Source: a virus (lineage: Duplodnaviria; Heunggongvirae; Uroviricota; Caudoviricetes). Taken from it: a stretch of 47,425 nt of DNA. Location of the stretch: IMG/VR virus record IMGVR_UViG_2778261162_000007, one strand, 5' to 3'. Below are positions 9,313 to 18,809 of the stretch, piece by piece. Each line of letters opens with the position of its first letter. Positions within the stretch are counted from its first letter, which is position 1. The notes beneath the pieces are model-generated. The model worked only from the letters and a program-made list of their open reading frames with translations, was not told the origin of the DNA and did not search any database. The position numbers and the translations under genes were made by a program.

Positions 9313-10437
9313 ATGGTTAAGGCTAAAAATATGCCAAATCCCATGCCAAAAACTAAGGCAAACAATGAGCCTTATCGCAAGGTAAAAATAACGATATGGG
9401 ATGATCCCAAATTTAGGGCGTTATCTCCTCTGCCTCCAAGTGGACAGAGTTTGTTTATTTATCTGCTGACCAGTCCATTTACCGGGATTATTCCTGGGTT
9501 GTTTAAAGCCGGGCGGGCAGCAATGGCTGAAGAGTTGGGGTGGGATATCGAAGCCTTTGACTTAGCCTTAGGCGAAGCCATGAATCTTGGCATGGTGAAA
9601 GCAGATATCAAAGCCAGAGTTTTTTGGCTCCCGAATGCTGCGAAACACAATCCGCCAAACTCGATAAATGTCATTAAATCCTGGGCAAAGGCATTCGCTT
9701 TAATTCCTGATTGTCCTCTCAAATGGGAGGCCAGGGAATCGCTGAGAGCCGCGTCCTATGGGGTTTCTGAGGCTTTGGGGATGGCATTCGATAAGGCAAT
9801 CCCTTTGCCTGAGGATAAGCCTAAGGATAAGGCTAACGCTTTGTCATGCGGTATCCAGATAACAGATAACAGATATATAAACCCCACACATAACGCGCGC
9901 GTGCGCGAGAGTGCTCCGGCCAGTGAGGCAAATGGCGTGCCGTTGCAGACAGCGGAACCTGATTACCTGGAAGGCCTGAACGAACCCATCGGGAAATTTC
10001 CGATGACTGATGGCTGGCATCCGTCGCTGGATTTTCGACGGCGGGCAGCTCTGTGGGGAGTGGCTCTGCCGGAGCCGGAATTTACACCAGCTGAACTTGC
10101 CGCCTTCCGGGACTACTGGGCAGCGGAGGGGAAAGTTTTCACGCAGGTTCAGTGGGAGCAGAAATTCGCCCGTCACGTAAATCACGTCAGGGCGCAGGTT
10201 AAACCAGTCAGCAAGGGGGTGAACCATGCAGCAGCACCAGGTGGCACCGCATCACGGGCAGTTCAGGAAATTCGGGCAGCACGTGAGCAGTGGGAACGTG
10301 AAAACGGATTTATCAGCGACGGAAACGGCCTGGAAGTTGTGGGAACTCATGGGGGAGGTTTATTCGAACCGCTGGACCCAGAAGAACGGGGCCGCACCTT
10401 CGAAGCTCTGGATTGCACAGATTGGTGCGATGACTGA
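9313..10437 (+). CDS. Putative replication-module protein (possibly YdaU-like)
   Basis: Start [34 protein letters not shown] chosen inside the longer ORF-track form; no Walker motif seen. Confidence 0.4.
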   Translation: MVKAKNMPNPMPKTKANNEPYRKVKITIWDDPKFRALSPLPPSGQSLFIYLLTSPFTGIIPGLFKAGRAAMAEELGWDIEAFDLALGEAMNLGMVKADIKARVFWLPNAAKHNPPNSINVIKSWAKAFALIPDCPLKWEARESLRAASYGVSEALGMAFDKAIPLPEDKPKDKANALSCGIQITDNRYINPTHNARVRESAPASEANGVPLQTAEPDYLEGLNEPIGKFPMTDGWHPSLDFRRRAALWGVALPEPEFTPAELAAFRDYWAAEGKVFTQVQWEQKFARHVNHVRAQVKPVSKGVNHAAAPGGTASRAVQEIRAAREQWERENGFISDGNGLEVVGTHGGGLFEPLDPEERGRTFEALDCTDWCDD

Positions 10438-10891
10438 GCAGCAAATCCGACAGGTCTGCCGCCAGTGCATGGACCGCTGCCGGACGGGTGAAACATGGCC
10501 TCCGGACCTGGCTGAGTTTGTGGCGCTGATTTCGGAAAGCGGGGCCAATCCATTCGGTCTGACGGTGGATGCTGTGATGGAGGAGTACCGACGCTGGCGC
10601 AACAAGTCCTGGCGATACGACGGAAGCGATAAATACCCGTGGTCTCAGCCTGTGCTGTATCACATTTGCCTCGAGATGCGTTCAAAGGGGATTGAGCGCC
10701 AGATGACCGAAGGGGAGTTAAAACGACTTGCAGAACGGCAACTGGCGAAATGGGCAAAGCATGTTGGTGACGGCTTCAGCGTTCCGCCCGTACGGCGGCA
10801 ACTGGCAGCACCAGAACGCCCGTCGGGGCCAACACCAATTGAGTTGCTGAAACAGGAATATGAACGCCGGAAAGCGGCTGGTTTTGTTTGA
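10430..10891 (+). CDS. Hypothetical replication-module protein
   Basis: ATGACTGA start/stop overlap with the upstream gene (translational coupling); [30 protein letters not shown]... Confidence 0.4.
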   Translation: MTEQQIRQVCRQCMDRCRTGETWPPDLAEFVALISESGANPFGLTVDAVMEEYRRWRNKSWRYDGSDKYPWSQPVLYHICLEMRSKGIERQMTEGELKRLAERQLAKWAKHVGDGFSVPPVRRQLAAPERPSGPTPIELLKQEYERRKAAGFV

Positions 10892-10924
10892 GTTGATAAG
10901 TAATTTTACCGGGAGCAAATTTTA

Positions 10925-11686
10925 ATGGAGACTGTTTTTGACGCACTGAAAGCAATGGGAAAAGCCACGTCGGTAGAACTCGCTGCGCGACTTGATATCA
11001 GTCGTGAAGAGGTACTGAACGAGCTGTGGGAACTGAAAAAGGCTGGTTTCGTTGATAAAAGCGTATACACCTGGCGTGTGGCTGATAACAACGTTCAGCA
11101 GGAACAGCCAGAGCAGGCAGAACTGCCGGAAGAAACCACCACAGCAACAGTAGCGAAAATCTCAGAGTGCGATTTAACCGCGACGATTGAACAACGCGGA
11201 CCACAAACGGCTGATGAGCTGGCTACATTGTTTGGTACCACATCACGCAAAGTGGCTTCAACGCTGGCAATGGCAATCAGCAAAGGTCGTCTGATTCGCG
11301 TAAATCAGGGCGGTAAATTTCGTTACTGCATACCGGGCGATAATTTACCAGCAGAGCCGAAAGCAGCATCGGTAGCGGAAACTGATGGTAAGGCTTTTCC
11401 TCAGCCCGCAGGTGTTGCGTTACCAGTACAGGAGGCTGCAACACAGGAAGAAATTAAAACAGATACTGTAGCGGACATTGTGCAGTCGTTGCCATCGTTT
11501 ACCGAAACGCGGGCGGATGATTTGATTTTGCCATCGCTGCATCTGGCAAACCGCAAACTGCGTCGGGCGAAAAGCCATGTCCAGAAGTGGGAGCGTGTCT
11601 GCGCCGCGCTGCGGGAGTTGAACAAGCACCGGGATATTGTTCGCCAGATTACTGATTCTTCCCGCTGTGTTGTATCGGAAAAGTGA
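10925..11686 (+). CDS. Hypothetical protein with two winged-helix-like segments
   Basis: 253-aa [33 protein letters not shown] and [32 protein letters not shown] look HTH-like. Confidence 0.4.
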   Translation: METVFDALKAMGKATSVELAARLDISREEVLNELWELKKAGFVDKSVYTWRVADNNVQQEQPEQAELPEETTTATVAKISECDLTATIEQRGPQTADELATLFGTTSRKVASTLAMAISKGRLIRVNQGGKFRYCIPGDNLPAEPKAASVAETDGKAFPQPAGVALPVQEAATQEEIKTDTVADIVQSLPSFTETRADDLILPSLHLANRKLRRAKSHVQKWERVCAALRELNKHRDIVRQITDSSRCVVSEK

Positions 11687-12124
11687 TTGCCGGAGGCGCT
11701 TATGGCAAAAGTATTTACACAAGAAGAGCGGGAAAAAATTAAGGGGCAGGTTGTTGAACTCGTGCGCCAGAATGGGCGCGAGACGTTACGACAACTTGAA
11801 GCTAAGACAGGTGCGACAAGATATTTAATGAGCGTTCTCGCCAGAGAGCTGGTTGCCAGTGGCGATGTATATAACTCCGGCTACGGGCTATTTCCCTCTG
11901 AACAGGCTCGTAAGGACTGGCAAAACGCCCGCAAAAAACTATCGAGGGCAAAGGTGAAGAAACCTGCTGTAGTTGATCCGGACCTTATCTGGTCATTACC
12001 AGACGGAGAAATACGCCGCTATGACAGGCGTCTGAATATAATCTGTCGCGAGTGCCGGAAGAGCGAAGTCATGCAGCGTGTACTGGCGTTCTATCAGGGT
12101 AATTTTCAGGATGTGCTGTTGTGA
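11687..12124 (+). CDS. Hypothetical protein
   Basis: 145-aa ORF adjacent to the previous gene's stop. Confidence 0.35.
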   Translation: MPEALMAKVFTQEEREKIKGQVVELVRQNGRETLRQLEAKTGATRYLMSVLARELVASGDVYNSGYGLFPSEQARKDWQNARKKLSRAKVKKPAVVDPDLIWSLPDGEIRRYDRRLNIICRECRKSEVMQRVLAFYQGNFQDVLL

Positions 12125-12284
12125 GCCAAATTAACAATCAGGGAACTGCGTGAACTGAAAGAGAAATCATAATCCAAATCTGAATAATTAAATTTAGCAC
12201 TGTAAATAAAATTTAATCCTTAACCGGAGGGGGGGCTGCACCCTCAAAATATTAGGAGGCGGCCCGAAAGGGCGGTAATGAAAA

Positions 12285-12788
12285 ATGACTGAATTAACCA
12301 AAAAGCAATTAATCGAAGAAGCTAAATTAAAAATAGCGATTGAGAAATGCCACCCCAATTCAGGGATGGCATGGGTAGAGGGCGAATTATTCAAAATTGC
12401 TCTGGCATCTCTGGAAGCAGAGCCAGTTGGTGATTTTTATGAATACAAACCGGATGACTGGTATCAGCGTTCGGCTGGAGATAAAGCGCCAAAAAGGACG
12501 CCATCCTATGCCGTTTTTCCAGCGCCCGTAGTGCCGGAAGAAATGGATTTGCTTACATGCCATCTCGATGGTGTAACTGAAACATATGCTGAGGGATGGA
12601 ACGCTTGCCGCGCTGCCCTGCTTCAGGGCAAAGGGGAGCCCGGGAAACAAGTTCGCGAATTGACAATGCTGGTTAAACAATTGGTTAGTCAACTTAAGAA
12701 AGCGAAACCGGGCTGCAAATTGCCGGATAAAGTGATGGACTACCTGGAGCGAAGCGGACTTATAAGCGTGGAGGATGTTTTACGATGA
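12285..12788 (+). CDS. Hypothetical protein
   Basis: 167-aa ORF preceded by a small GNRA-type hairpin and RBS. Confidence 0.4.
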   Translation: MTELTKKQLIEEAKLKIAIEKCHPNSGMAWVEGELFKIALASLEAEPVGDFYEYKPDDWYQRSAGDKAPKRTPSYAVFPAPVVPEEMDLLTCHLDGVTETYAEGWNACRAALLQGKGEPGKQVRELTMLVKQLVSQLKKAKPGCKLPDKVMDYLERSGLISVEDVLR

Positions 12789-12868
12789 CCTGGTCTGAAG
12801 CATTCACAACGGTAGGAATTGCGATGGCGGTGGCGCTGGTGGTGTATTCGATTTGCCGCTGGGGTTGA
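12785..12868 (+). CDS. Putative small hydrophobic peptide (27 aa)
   Basis: MTWSEAFTTVGIAMAVALVVYSICRWG; start overlaps the upstream stop (ATGA); a single TM-like segment. Confidence 0.25.
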   Translation: MTWSEAFTTVGIAMAVALVVYSICRWG

Positions 12869-12908
12869 TAATACTAAATAACCAGCCCTTATGGGGCTGG
12901 CTAATCAT

Positions 12909-13682
12909 TTAGAACTGTTCATTGCCATCGAGGTTAGGTAGCATAATTTTTTCAATCAAGGCGAGAGCCTTTTTGTCCCGGTCAGCGAAGTATTTCGGGG
13001 CATATTGCGGCAACCAAATATTGTTAAAATGTTCTTTGAAATCTGCTAAATATTCATTTGGGTACAGCCTTGCAGGGTATACGCGACCATCGGGATATTC
13101 ATGGTCATAGGTAGGGAATGTTTTGGGTTCTACGTTTCTATTATCTCTTAACCATTGTGAAAATACTCTTCCTTGTGAAATGTCAGGAACCATTTTTTCT
13201 GGGAGTGTGTACCCTGCTTGTTCAAGAGGTGCAACCAAGTTGAATGTCAGTTCATTAAGAATAGAAAAGTGCGTGTGAGGAATTCTACTACGATTAACCA
13301 TGTACCGTTTTAAATGTACAGGCATTTCTGCTGTAGTTCTTTCCCCTGACATCCATTCACGAACCCATCTTGAAACCTGGACTGCAAATTTGGGCGATAG
13401 CCACTGCGCTAGATTAATAGCGATGTCAGGATGCACCCATGTCCCTTGGTTTTCAGGTCTTCCACCTTTAAATGATTGAATTAACTCCGATATGGGAATT
13501 CCCATATCGCGTGATAATTCGTCAAAAAACTCTTGAGTAGTTTTGAGTCTAGTGTAATCAGAGAGCAGTTTGCCCGCAGTTCTACACATTGATGTGGCGT
13601 TTATGTAACCATCTTTGGCACGTAAATGTATTATTTCGCCGTCAATTTCACGAGAAATCAAAGATAATTGAAAGGATGTCAT
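12909..13682 (-). CDS. KilA-N domain protein
   Basis: N-terminal region ...IHLRAKDGYINATSMCRTAGKLL...GGRPENQGTWVHPDIAINLAQWLSPKFAVQVSRWV matches the KilA-N pattern. Confidence 0.7.
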   Translation of the reverse strand: MTSFQLSLISREIDGEIIHLRAKDGYINATSMCRTAGKLLSDYTRLKTTQEFFDELSRDMGIPISELIQSFKGGRPENQGTWVHPDIAINLAQWLSPKFAVQVSRWVREWMSGERTTAEMPVHLKRYMVNRSRIPHTHFSILNELTFNLVAPLEQAGYTLPEKMVPDISQGRVFSQWLRDNRNVEPKTFPTYDHEYPDGRVYPARLYPNEYLADFKEHFNNIWLPQYAPKYFADRDKKALALIEKIMLPNLDGNEQF

Positions 13683-14204
13683 TGAAAATTCCTCAAGTTG
13701 GAGAGTTCTGGAACATTAAGGCGAGGTGGCCGTAATGCACCATCTGTAATCTTTTGATACTGACGTAATCGGGCCTGATGTGCAACGCCTTGCAAGTATG
13801 TAACTCATTGAAAACGATCATTTTTATCTATTGACATCAAATGGCAAACTGTCATTGTGCGGCTATGGCAAGTGGCAAATGCTTATAAATCATATGGATA
13901 TAAATAGTACAGAAAGAGTTGTTTTCTCTAGGATATGAGTATACGCCCAATGCTGATTGGTTGAATTTTGTTCTTGTTTTAAAGGGTAAGAGTTTAAAGT
14001 GTTGGCAGTGATGTATTGGATAGTTAGAATTGCTGTGGGTGCTTGAGGCTATCTGCCTCGGGCATGATCACCAAAGGTAGATAGAGAAAAGCCCCAGTTA
14101 ACATTACGCGTCCTGCAAGACGTTTAACATTAATCTGAGGCCATATCTATGCGACACATAGAGATTAGCCTCTTACGGACCGAAAGGTCAAGGAGAAGCA
14201 GGCT

Positions 14205-14360
14205 ATGAAGCAGCAAAAGGCGATGTTAATCGCCCTGATCGTCATCTGTTTAACCGTCATAGTGACGGCACTGGTAACGAGGAAAGACCTCTGTGAGGTA
14301 CGAATCCGAACCGGGCAGACGGAGGTCGCTGTCTTCACAGCTTACGAACCTGAGGAGTAA
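14205..14360 (+). CDS. Hok/Gef-family type I toxin (51 aa)
   Basis: MKQQKAMLIALIVICLTVIVTALVTRKDLCEVRIRTGQTEVAVFTAYEPEE closely resembles Gef/Hok; AGGAGAAG RBS; sits in a 1.1-kb AT-rich non-coding island. Confidence 0.85.
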   Translation: MKQQKAMLIALIVICLTVIVTALVTRKDLCEVRIRTGQTEVAVFTAYEPEE

Positions 14361-14826
14361 GAGACCGGGCGAGGGAGAAATCCCTCGCCACCTCTGATGT
14401 ATTATGCATCCTCAACGCACCCACACTTAACCAGCTTTGGCGGGTTTATTTTATCTGTAAATATTTTTATAAAAATAATGCCCACGCACAGCATAAAACA
14501 AAAAGTATTACAGATAAAAAAGGAGCGTAATGTGCAGATTTGTTGTTTTCCATATTTACTCACCTTAATATGATTAATCCTGATAGGGTTGTTATTTCAG
14601 TGGTTTTCAAATGAGATATTATGGTGATCTGGTAGATTTGCATAACATTAAAATTTAATTTGTTTAACCGCTTTTAATAATAAGCGTTGTTTTTATCCCA
14701 GCAATCTGTTGTTTGGTTTTTATTCCATCAATGTGGGGGCTTTACACTGGAGCCAGTTTATTTATACTTCATTCGTCAGCCTGAACAACTGGCATCTGCT
14801 GCACTGCGCCATCGAGAGATTGAGAA

Positions 14827-15426
14827 ATGGCGCATATACAACTGGTCAAACAAACTTCTTCTGGTTTACTTCTCCCGGCGACGCCGGAGAGTTGCGATTT
14901 TCTGCATCAAATCAAAATAGGTGAGTGGATACACGCAGACTTTAAGCGTGTGCGTAACTACGCATTCCACAAGCGTTTTTTCAAACTCCTGCAACTGGGT
15001 TTCGATTACTGGACTCCGGTCGGTGGGGCGATCACGCCTCGCGAACGAAAACTGGTGTCCGGTTTCGTTGATTACCTGTGTGAATCAGTAGGCCGGGAAC
15101 ATACGCCAGCTCTGAGCGAAGCCGCAGAGCAATATCTGAATACAGTTGCGACACACAGAACCCGTGATACGGCATTGCTAAAGTCGTTTGAGGCTTTCCG
15201 CGAGTGGGTAACCATTCAGGCCGGATTTTACACCGAGCATATTTATCCGGACGGTAGTCGTGGGCGTCGGGCGAAATCCATCGCGTTTGCGAATATGGAC
15301 GAAACCGAGTTTCAGCAGGTTTATAAATCTGTACTGAATGTGCTGTGGAACTGGATTCTGTTCCGTAAATTTTCCTCTCCGGAACAAGTCGAAAATGTGG
15401 CCGCGCAGCTACTGGAGTTTGCGTAA
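14827..15426 (+). CDS. Nin-region conserved protein (possibly DUF1367/YbcN-like)
   Basis: 199-aa ORF located before the ybcO-like gene and Q; family assignment from memory only. Confidence 0.4.
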   Translation: MAHIQLVKQTSSGLLLPATPESCDFLHQIKIGEWIHADFKRVRNYAFHKRFFKLLQLGFDYWTPVGGAITPRERKLVSGFVDYLCESVGREHTPALSEAAEQYLNTVATHRTRDTALLKSFEAFREWVTIQAGFYTEHIYPDGSRGRRAKSIAFANMDETEFQQVYKSVLNVLWNWILFRKFSSPEQVENVAAQLLEFA

Positions 15427-15716
15427 TGGTGGATTTACGTAAAGCGGCGCGGGGCCAGATGTGCCAGGTCAGAATCCCTGGCTACTGCAATCACAATCCC
15501 GAAACTTCTGTGCTGGCGCATTACAGGTTGGCGGGAACGTGCGGAACGGCGATAAAGCCACACGATATGCAGGCAGCGATTGCCTGTAGCTCGTGCCACG
15601 ATTTAATCGACGGGCGGGTAAAAACAAGCGATTACACCAAAGAAGAATTACGCCTGATGCATGCAGAAGGTGTTTTTCGCACGCAAGAAATCTGGAGAAA
15701 GGAAGGTTATTTATGA
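15426..15716 (+). CDS. YbcO-like Cys-rich putative nuclease (DUF1364)
   Basis: MVDLRKAARGQMCQVRIPGYCNHNPETSVLAHYRLAGTCGT...ACSSCHD. Confidence 0.65.
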   Translation: MVDLRKAARGQMCQVRIPGYCNHNPETSVLAHYRLAGTCGTAIKPHDMQAAIACSSCHDLIDGRVKTSDYTKEELRLMHAEGVFRTQEIWRKEGYL

Positions 15717-16255
15717 TTTACCCAACAAATACAGGCAAAAGCGGGGAACACCTTCGTCTCACCACGCTGGAAAGTGTCTGGATTCAGGGAAAACTGCGCA
15801 TGTGGGGGCGCTGGTCGTATATTGGCGGCGGTAAGACGGGGAATATGTTCAACCAGTTGTTGGCCTCTAAAAAGCTGACAAAAACGGCAATTAACGAGGC
15901 GCTCCGGAGGATGAAAAAAGCAGGTCTGAACAAGTCTGAACTTGAGGCTTTTTTGCGGGATATGATTAACGGTAAGCAAAAGAGCTGGCTGGCGCATTGT
16001 ACTGATGCAGAGGCGTTATGTATTGATCGGGTCATAAGTGAGGTGCTGGCAGAGCATCCAGGATTGATTAGCGTCCTTCGTCAACGGTATGAGGGGCGGG
16101 GGATGACCAAACGCAAAATGGCTGAATTGCTAAATGATGCACACCCAGAGTGGTGTTTTAGCACATGCGAAAAGCGAATTGCTAATTGGTTGGCCGTTGC
16201 TGAGTATGCGCTATACATTCCTATGCGAGAATCATTCGCTCAAAAAACGGCTTGA
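15713..16255 (+). CDS. Late-gene antiterminator Q-like protein
   Basis: ATGA overlap with the upstream gene; L..WGRW motif (LRMWGRWS) as in Q-family antiterminators; followed by an intrinsic terminator. Confidence 0.55.
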   Translation: MIYPTNTGKSGEHLRLTTLESVWIQGKLRMWGRWSYIGGGKTGNMFNQLLASKKLTKTAINEALRRMKKAGLNKSELEAFLRDMINGKQKSWLAHCTDAEALCIDRVISEVLAEHPGLISVLRQRYEGRGMTKRKMAELLNDAHPEWCFSTCEKRIANWLAVAEYALYIPMRESFAQKTA

Positions 16256-16338
16256 TTTTTTACGCATAAACCGCTTCAATTTTGCTAAGCTTCGCAAAGC
16301 TGTATCGCGAGGTGAACCAAGCGCATGAACTTTGATAC

Positions 16339-16364
16339 AACCCGCCATTGAGCGGGTTTTTTAT
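16339..16364 (+). terminator. Intrinsic terminator (tR'-like) downstream of Q
   Basis: AACCCGC-cattga-GCGGGTT hairpin followed by a T-run. Confidence 0.55.
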
Positions 16365-16484
16365 GTCCGAAAAACGGCAGAGAACATAAAACGTGCTGGT
16401 GGTTGCGAATACTGGTCTTTCGGCTTGTATTTTTGTAAATCGATATATACTTATCTTGTGACCAGTAATGTCAGGGCAATTGAT

Positions 16485-17228
16485 ATGAATGAAGCCTGTT
16501 CTGTTGTTTTTGTTCATTCCCCGTTTGTTGTGCTCTTTGAAGGAAAAGAGCTCTCTCTTGAAAGTGGTAGTGCACTTCTTGTCAGGGGGGGAGCTGGATC
16601 GTTATTGCCCTTTTCGGAATGTTTTCGGCGAATAAGTCTCAGTGAATCGACAATTAGCCGTTACCTGTTGTGTGGAGACGAAAAACAGGATGTAGTTTTA
16701 GTCCGGCAAATACCACGATATCTTTGCGTGAGTTTTCCGAAGGCAGAATTGATGGGCATCCTGATTGATTATCTTTGTGAGGAAAAGATTCATACGGACA
16801 ATTTAGCGGAAATGCTTTCCTTTTCGTGTCTGGCGTTTTTCTCATCAGAGAAGATGTTTTCGTCGTTTCTGACCGCGTGTATTAGCAATATTAGTGACAG
16901 GCTTAGTGCATTGTTTCGTACGGACATTGCAGCAAACTGGACTCTGAGAGATGTGTCTTCGCGGTTATGTATCAGTGAAAGTTTGTTAAAAAAAAGACTG
17001 AAAGAAGAAGGCACCTGTTTCAGTGAGTTGTTGCTTACAGAGAGAATGAGAATGGCAGCAATGCTGTTGAATCAATCTCGTTGCGCCATCAACAGAATCG
17101 CTGCTCAGTGCGGCTATAATTTTACATCTTATTTTATCAGCGTATTCAGGAGTTATTTTGGTGTTACACCGGCAGGTTACAGGATGGCTGCATTCAATGA
17201 GATGAGTTTAAGTGTTACTCAAGAATAA
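16485..17228 (+). CDS. AraC/XylS-family transcriptional regulator (AppY/PatE-like moron)
   Basis: C-terminal double HTH ...WTLRDVSSRLCISESLLKKRLKEEGTCFSELLLTERMRMAAMLLNQSRCAINRIAAQCGYNFTSYFISVFRSYFGVTPAGY; visibly AT-rich; lies between two terminators. Confidence 0.8.
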   Translation: MNEACSVVFVHSPFVVLFEGKELSLESGSALLVRGGAGSLLPFSECFRRISLSESTISRYLLCGDEKQDVVLVRQIPRYLCVSFPKAELMGILIDYLCEEKIHTDNLAEMLSFSCLAFFSSEKMFSSFLTACISNISDRLSALFRTDIAANWTLRDVSSRLCISESLLKKRLKEEGTCFSELLLTERMRMAAMLLNQSRCAINRIAAQCGYNFTSYFISVFRSYFGVTPAGYRMAAFNEMSLSVTQE

Positions 17229-17362
17229 TTGAATTTTGCACTCATTGAAAACAGGCTCGCTGCGGCGGGCCTTTTTCATATCCGCGCCGCGCCCGGCGCA
17301 CATCACATCAGATAACACCACACAAAAGGCATCTGCGGGTGCCTTTGACAGGGTGTTTTTAC

Positions 17363-17386
17363 GGGCCGCTGGAGGCCCTTTTTTAT
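17363..17386 (+). terminator. Intrinsic terminator upstream of the lysis cassette
   Basis: GGGCC-gctgga-GGCCC hairpin followed by TTTTTTATTT. Confidence 0.5.
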
Positions 17387-17403
17387 TTGTGGGAGGAAAA
17401 AGC

Positions 17404-17796
17404 ATGTCTGAACCCTTATCCGGTTCCGGTACGGCTGTGGCGCTCGGTGGGGCGACGGTATTCGGGCTGTTTACCGGAACGGATTTCGGGATTGTGTTTG
17501 GTGCGTTCGCCGGGGCGTTATTTGTGGCAACGATGCCGCAGGCGCTTTCAGCCTGGCGTGTGGCGGCGCATTTTCTGGTGTCGTTCATTATCGGCGTGCT
17601 GGGCGCAGAGGTTCTGGCATCCTGGCTGGTAAAGCATACAGGGTTTGACGGTGCGCCTGTCGACGCACTGTGTGCAGTGCTGGTGTCAGTGGTGTCGGTG
17701 AAGATTCTCTCGTTCATCCACCAGCAGGATATTGCATCACTTGTGTCCGGCCTGTTCTCCCGTCTGCGGGGTGGAGGAGGCGGCAATGTTAAGTAA
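17404..17796 (+). CDS. Putative holin (multi-TM membrane protein)
   Basis: GGGAGGA RBS; several hydrophobic segments; first gene of the lysis cassette. Confidence 0.5.
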   Translation: MSEPLSGSGTAVALGGATVFGLFTGTDFGIVFGAFAGALFVATMPQALSAWRVAAHFLVSFIIGVLGAEVLASWLVKHTGFDGAPVDALCAVLVSVVSVKILSFIHQQDIASLVSGLFSRLRGGGGGNVK

Positions 17797-18061
17797 CCTT
17801 CCCGGATTGCTGAATGTAGCGTTATGCACGGTTATCGTGCTGACGCTCTTTTTTTATCGTCGCCGTGATTCCAGACATAAACCGCTGATGTCATGGCTGG
17901 CGTGGCTGCTGATGCTGCTGTATGCCTTTGCGCCCCTCAGCTATCTGTGTGGTCGCCCGTTAGCAACGGGCTGGCTGGAAGTGTTTTTTAACCTGCTGTT
18001 CTGCGTGCTGGTGATACGCGCACGCGGGAACGTCACAAAAATCTTTCCATTGTTGAGGTGA
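17786..18061 (+). CDS. Second small membrane protein (holin/antiholin-like)
   Basis: Start overlaps the previous stop; three predicted TM segments. Confidence 0.4.
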   Translation: MLSNLPGLLNVALCTVIVLTLFFYRRRDSRHKPLMSWLAWLLMLLYAFAPLSYLCGRPLATGWLEVFFNLLFCVLVIRARGNVTKIFPLLR

Positions 18062-18441
18062 ATATGTCGGGTAAATTCAGATTCAGCCGTCGCAGTGAAA
18101 AAAATCTGGAGGGCGTTAAACCACAGCTGGTTGCTGTCGTTCGCCGTGCGCTGGAGCTGACGGAGGTTGATTTCGGTATTACGGAAGGGCTGCGCACGAA
18201 AGAACGCCAGAAACAGCTGGTCGCGGAAGGGAAAAGCCAGACCATGAACAGCCGCCACCTGACCGGTGATGCGGTGGATGTTGTTGCCTGGGTTGGCAGC
18301 CAGGTGTCATGGGACTGGCCTCTGTACGAGAAAATCGCGCAGGCATTTAAGAAGGCTGCCGCAGAGCTGGGAACTGCCATCGAATGGGGCGGGGACTGGA
18401 AAACACTGAAAGACGGGCCTCACTTTCAGTTGAAACGCTGA
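18058..18441 (+). CDS. Endolysin, L-alanyl-D-glutamate peptidase (peptidase M15 family)
   Basis: ...NSRHLTGDAVDVVAW...GGDW...GPHFQL, an H..D...H-type metallopeptidase pattern typical of M15 endolysins. Confidence 0.75.
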   Translation: MNMSGKFRFSRRSEKNLEGVKPQLVAVVRRALELTEVDFGITEGLRTKERQKQLVAEGKSQTMNSRHLTGDAVDVVAWVGSQVSWDWPLYEKIAQAFKKAAAELGTAIEWGGDWKTLKDGPHFQLKR

Positions 18442-18455
18442 TAACCAGGTGTGTT

Positions 18456-18674
18456 ATGAGCAGAAAACACTGGACACACAGAATGCCGCGAACGGCGGCG
18501 AAATGGGCACTGGTAGCGATACTGGTGCCTTTTTTCCTGGTGGGATGCGTTAGCCTGGATAAGGCGCGCCAGCTTTTCGATACGGCTTCTCAGGTCTGCG
18601 AAATTGTTGACGGTGTTCGGCAGTGTCTGCAGAACTTATCGCCTGTAAGAGCAGAATATTTTGCTGAAAAATGA
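18456..18674 (+). CDS. Putative spanin-like lipoprotein
   Basis: Signal peptide with LVGC lipobox (WALVAILVPFFLVGCVS); location after the endolysin. Confidence 0.45.
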   Translation: MSRKHWTHRMPRTAAKWALVAILVPFFLVGCVSLDKARQLFDTASQVCEIVDGVRQCLQNLSPVRAEYFAEK

Positions 18675-18809
18675 AGGATGCGCCATCGTCTGGAAAGCAC
18701 GAAATTCTGTGTTTGTGGCTACTCAATAAAATAAATTCTTTCTTTCGCTGCGAATACTCAAATGTTGATCAGCGCCCGGTGCGGCGGCGGGCTTCGATAT
18801 CAGGAGACG

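Noticed and set aside
14499-14552. 12-codon ORF (MCRFVVFHIYSP) with an AAGGAG RBS in the AT-rich island
   Set aside because: Too short to assess and no known leader-peptide context; possibly a fortuitous SD-ATG in AT-rich DNA.
16332-16484. Extended N-terminal form of the AraC-family ORF
   Set aside because: The extension spans the Q-downstream terminator hairpin; the AraC-family domain begins after the internal ATG at 16485.
17236-17403. Extended N-terminal form of the holin ORF (ORF track starts at 17236)
   Set aside because: This extension would include the intrinsic terminator hairpin and lacks an RBS; the ATG at 17404 has a strong GGGAGGA RBS.
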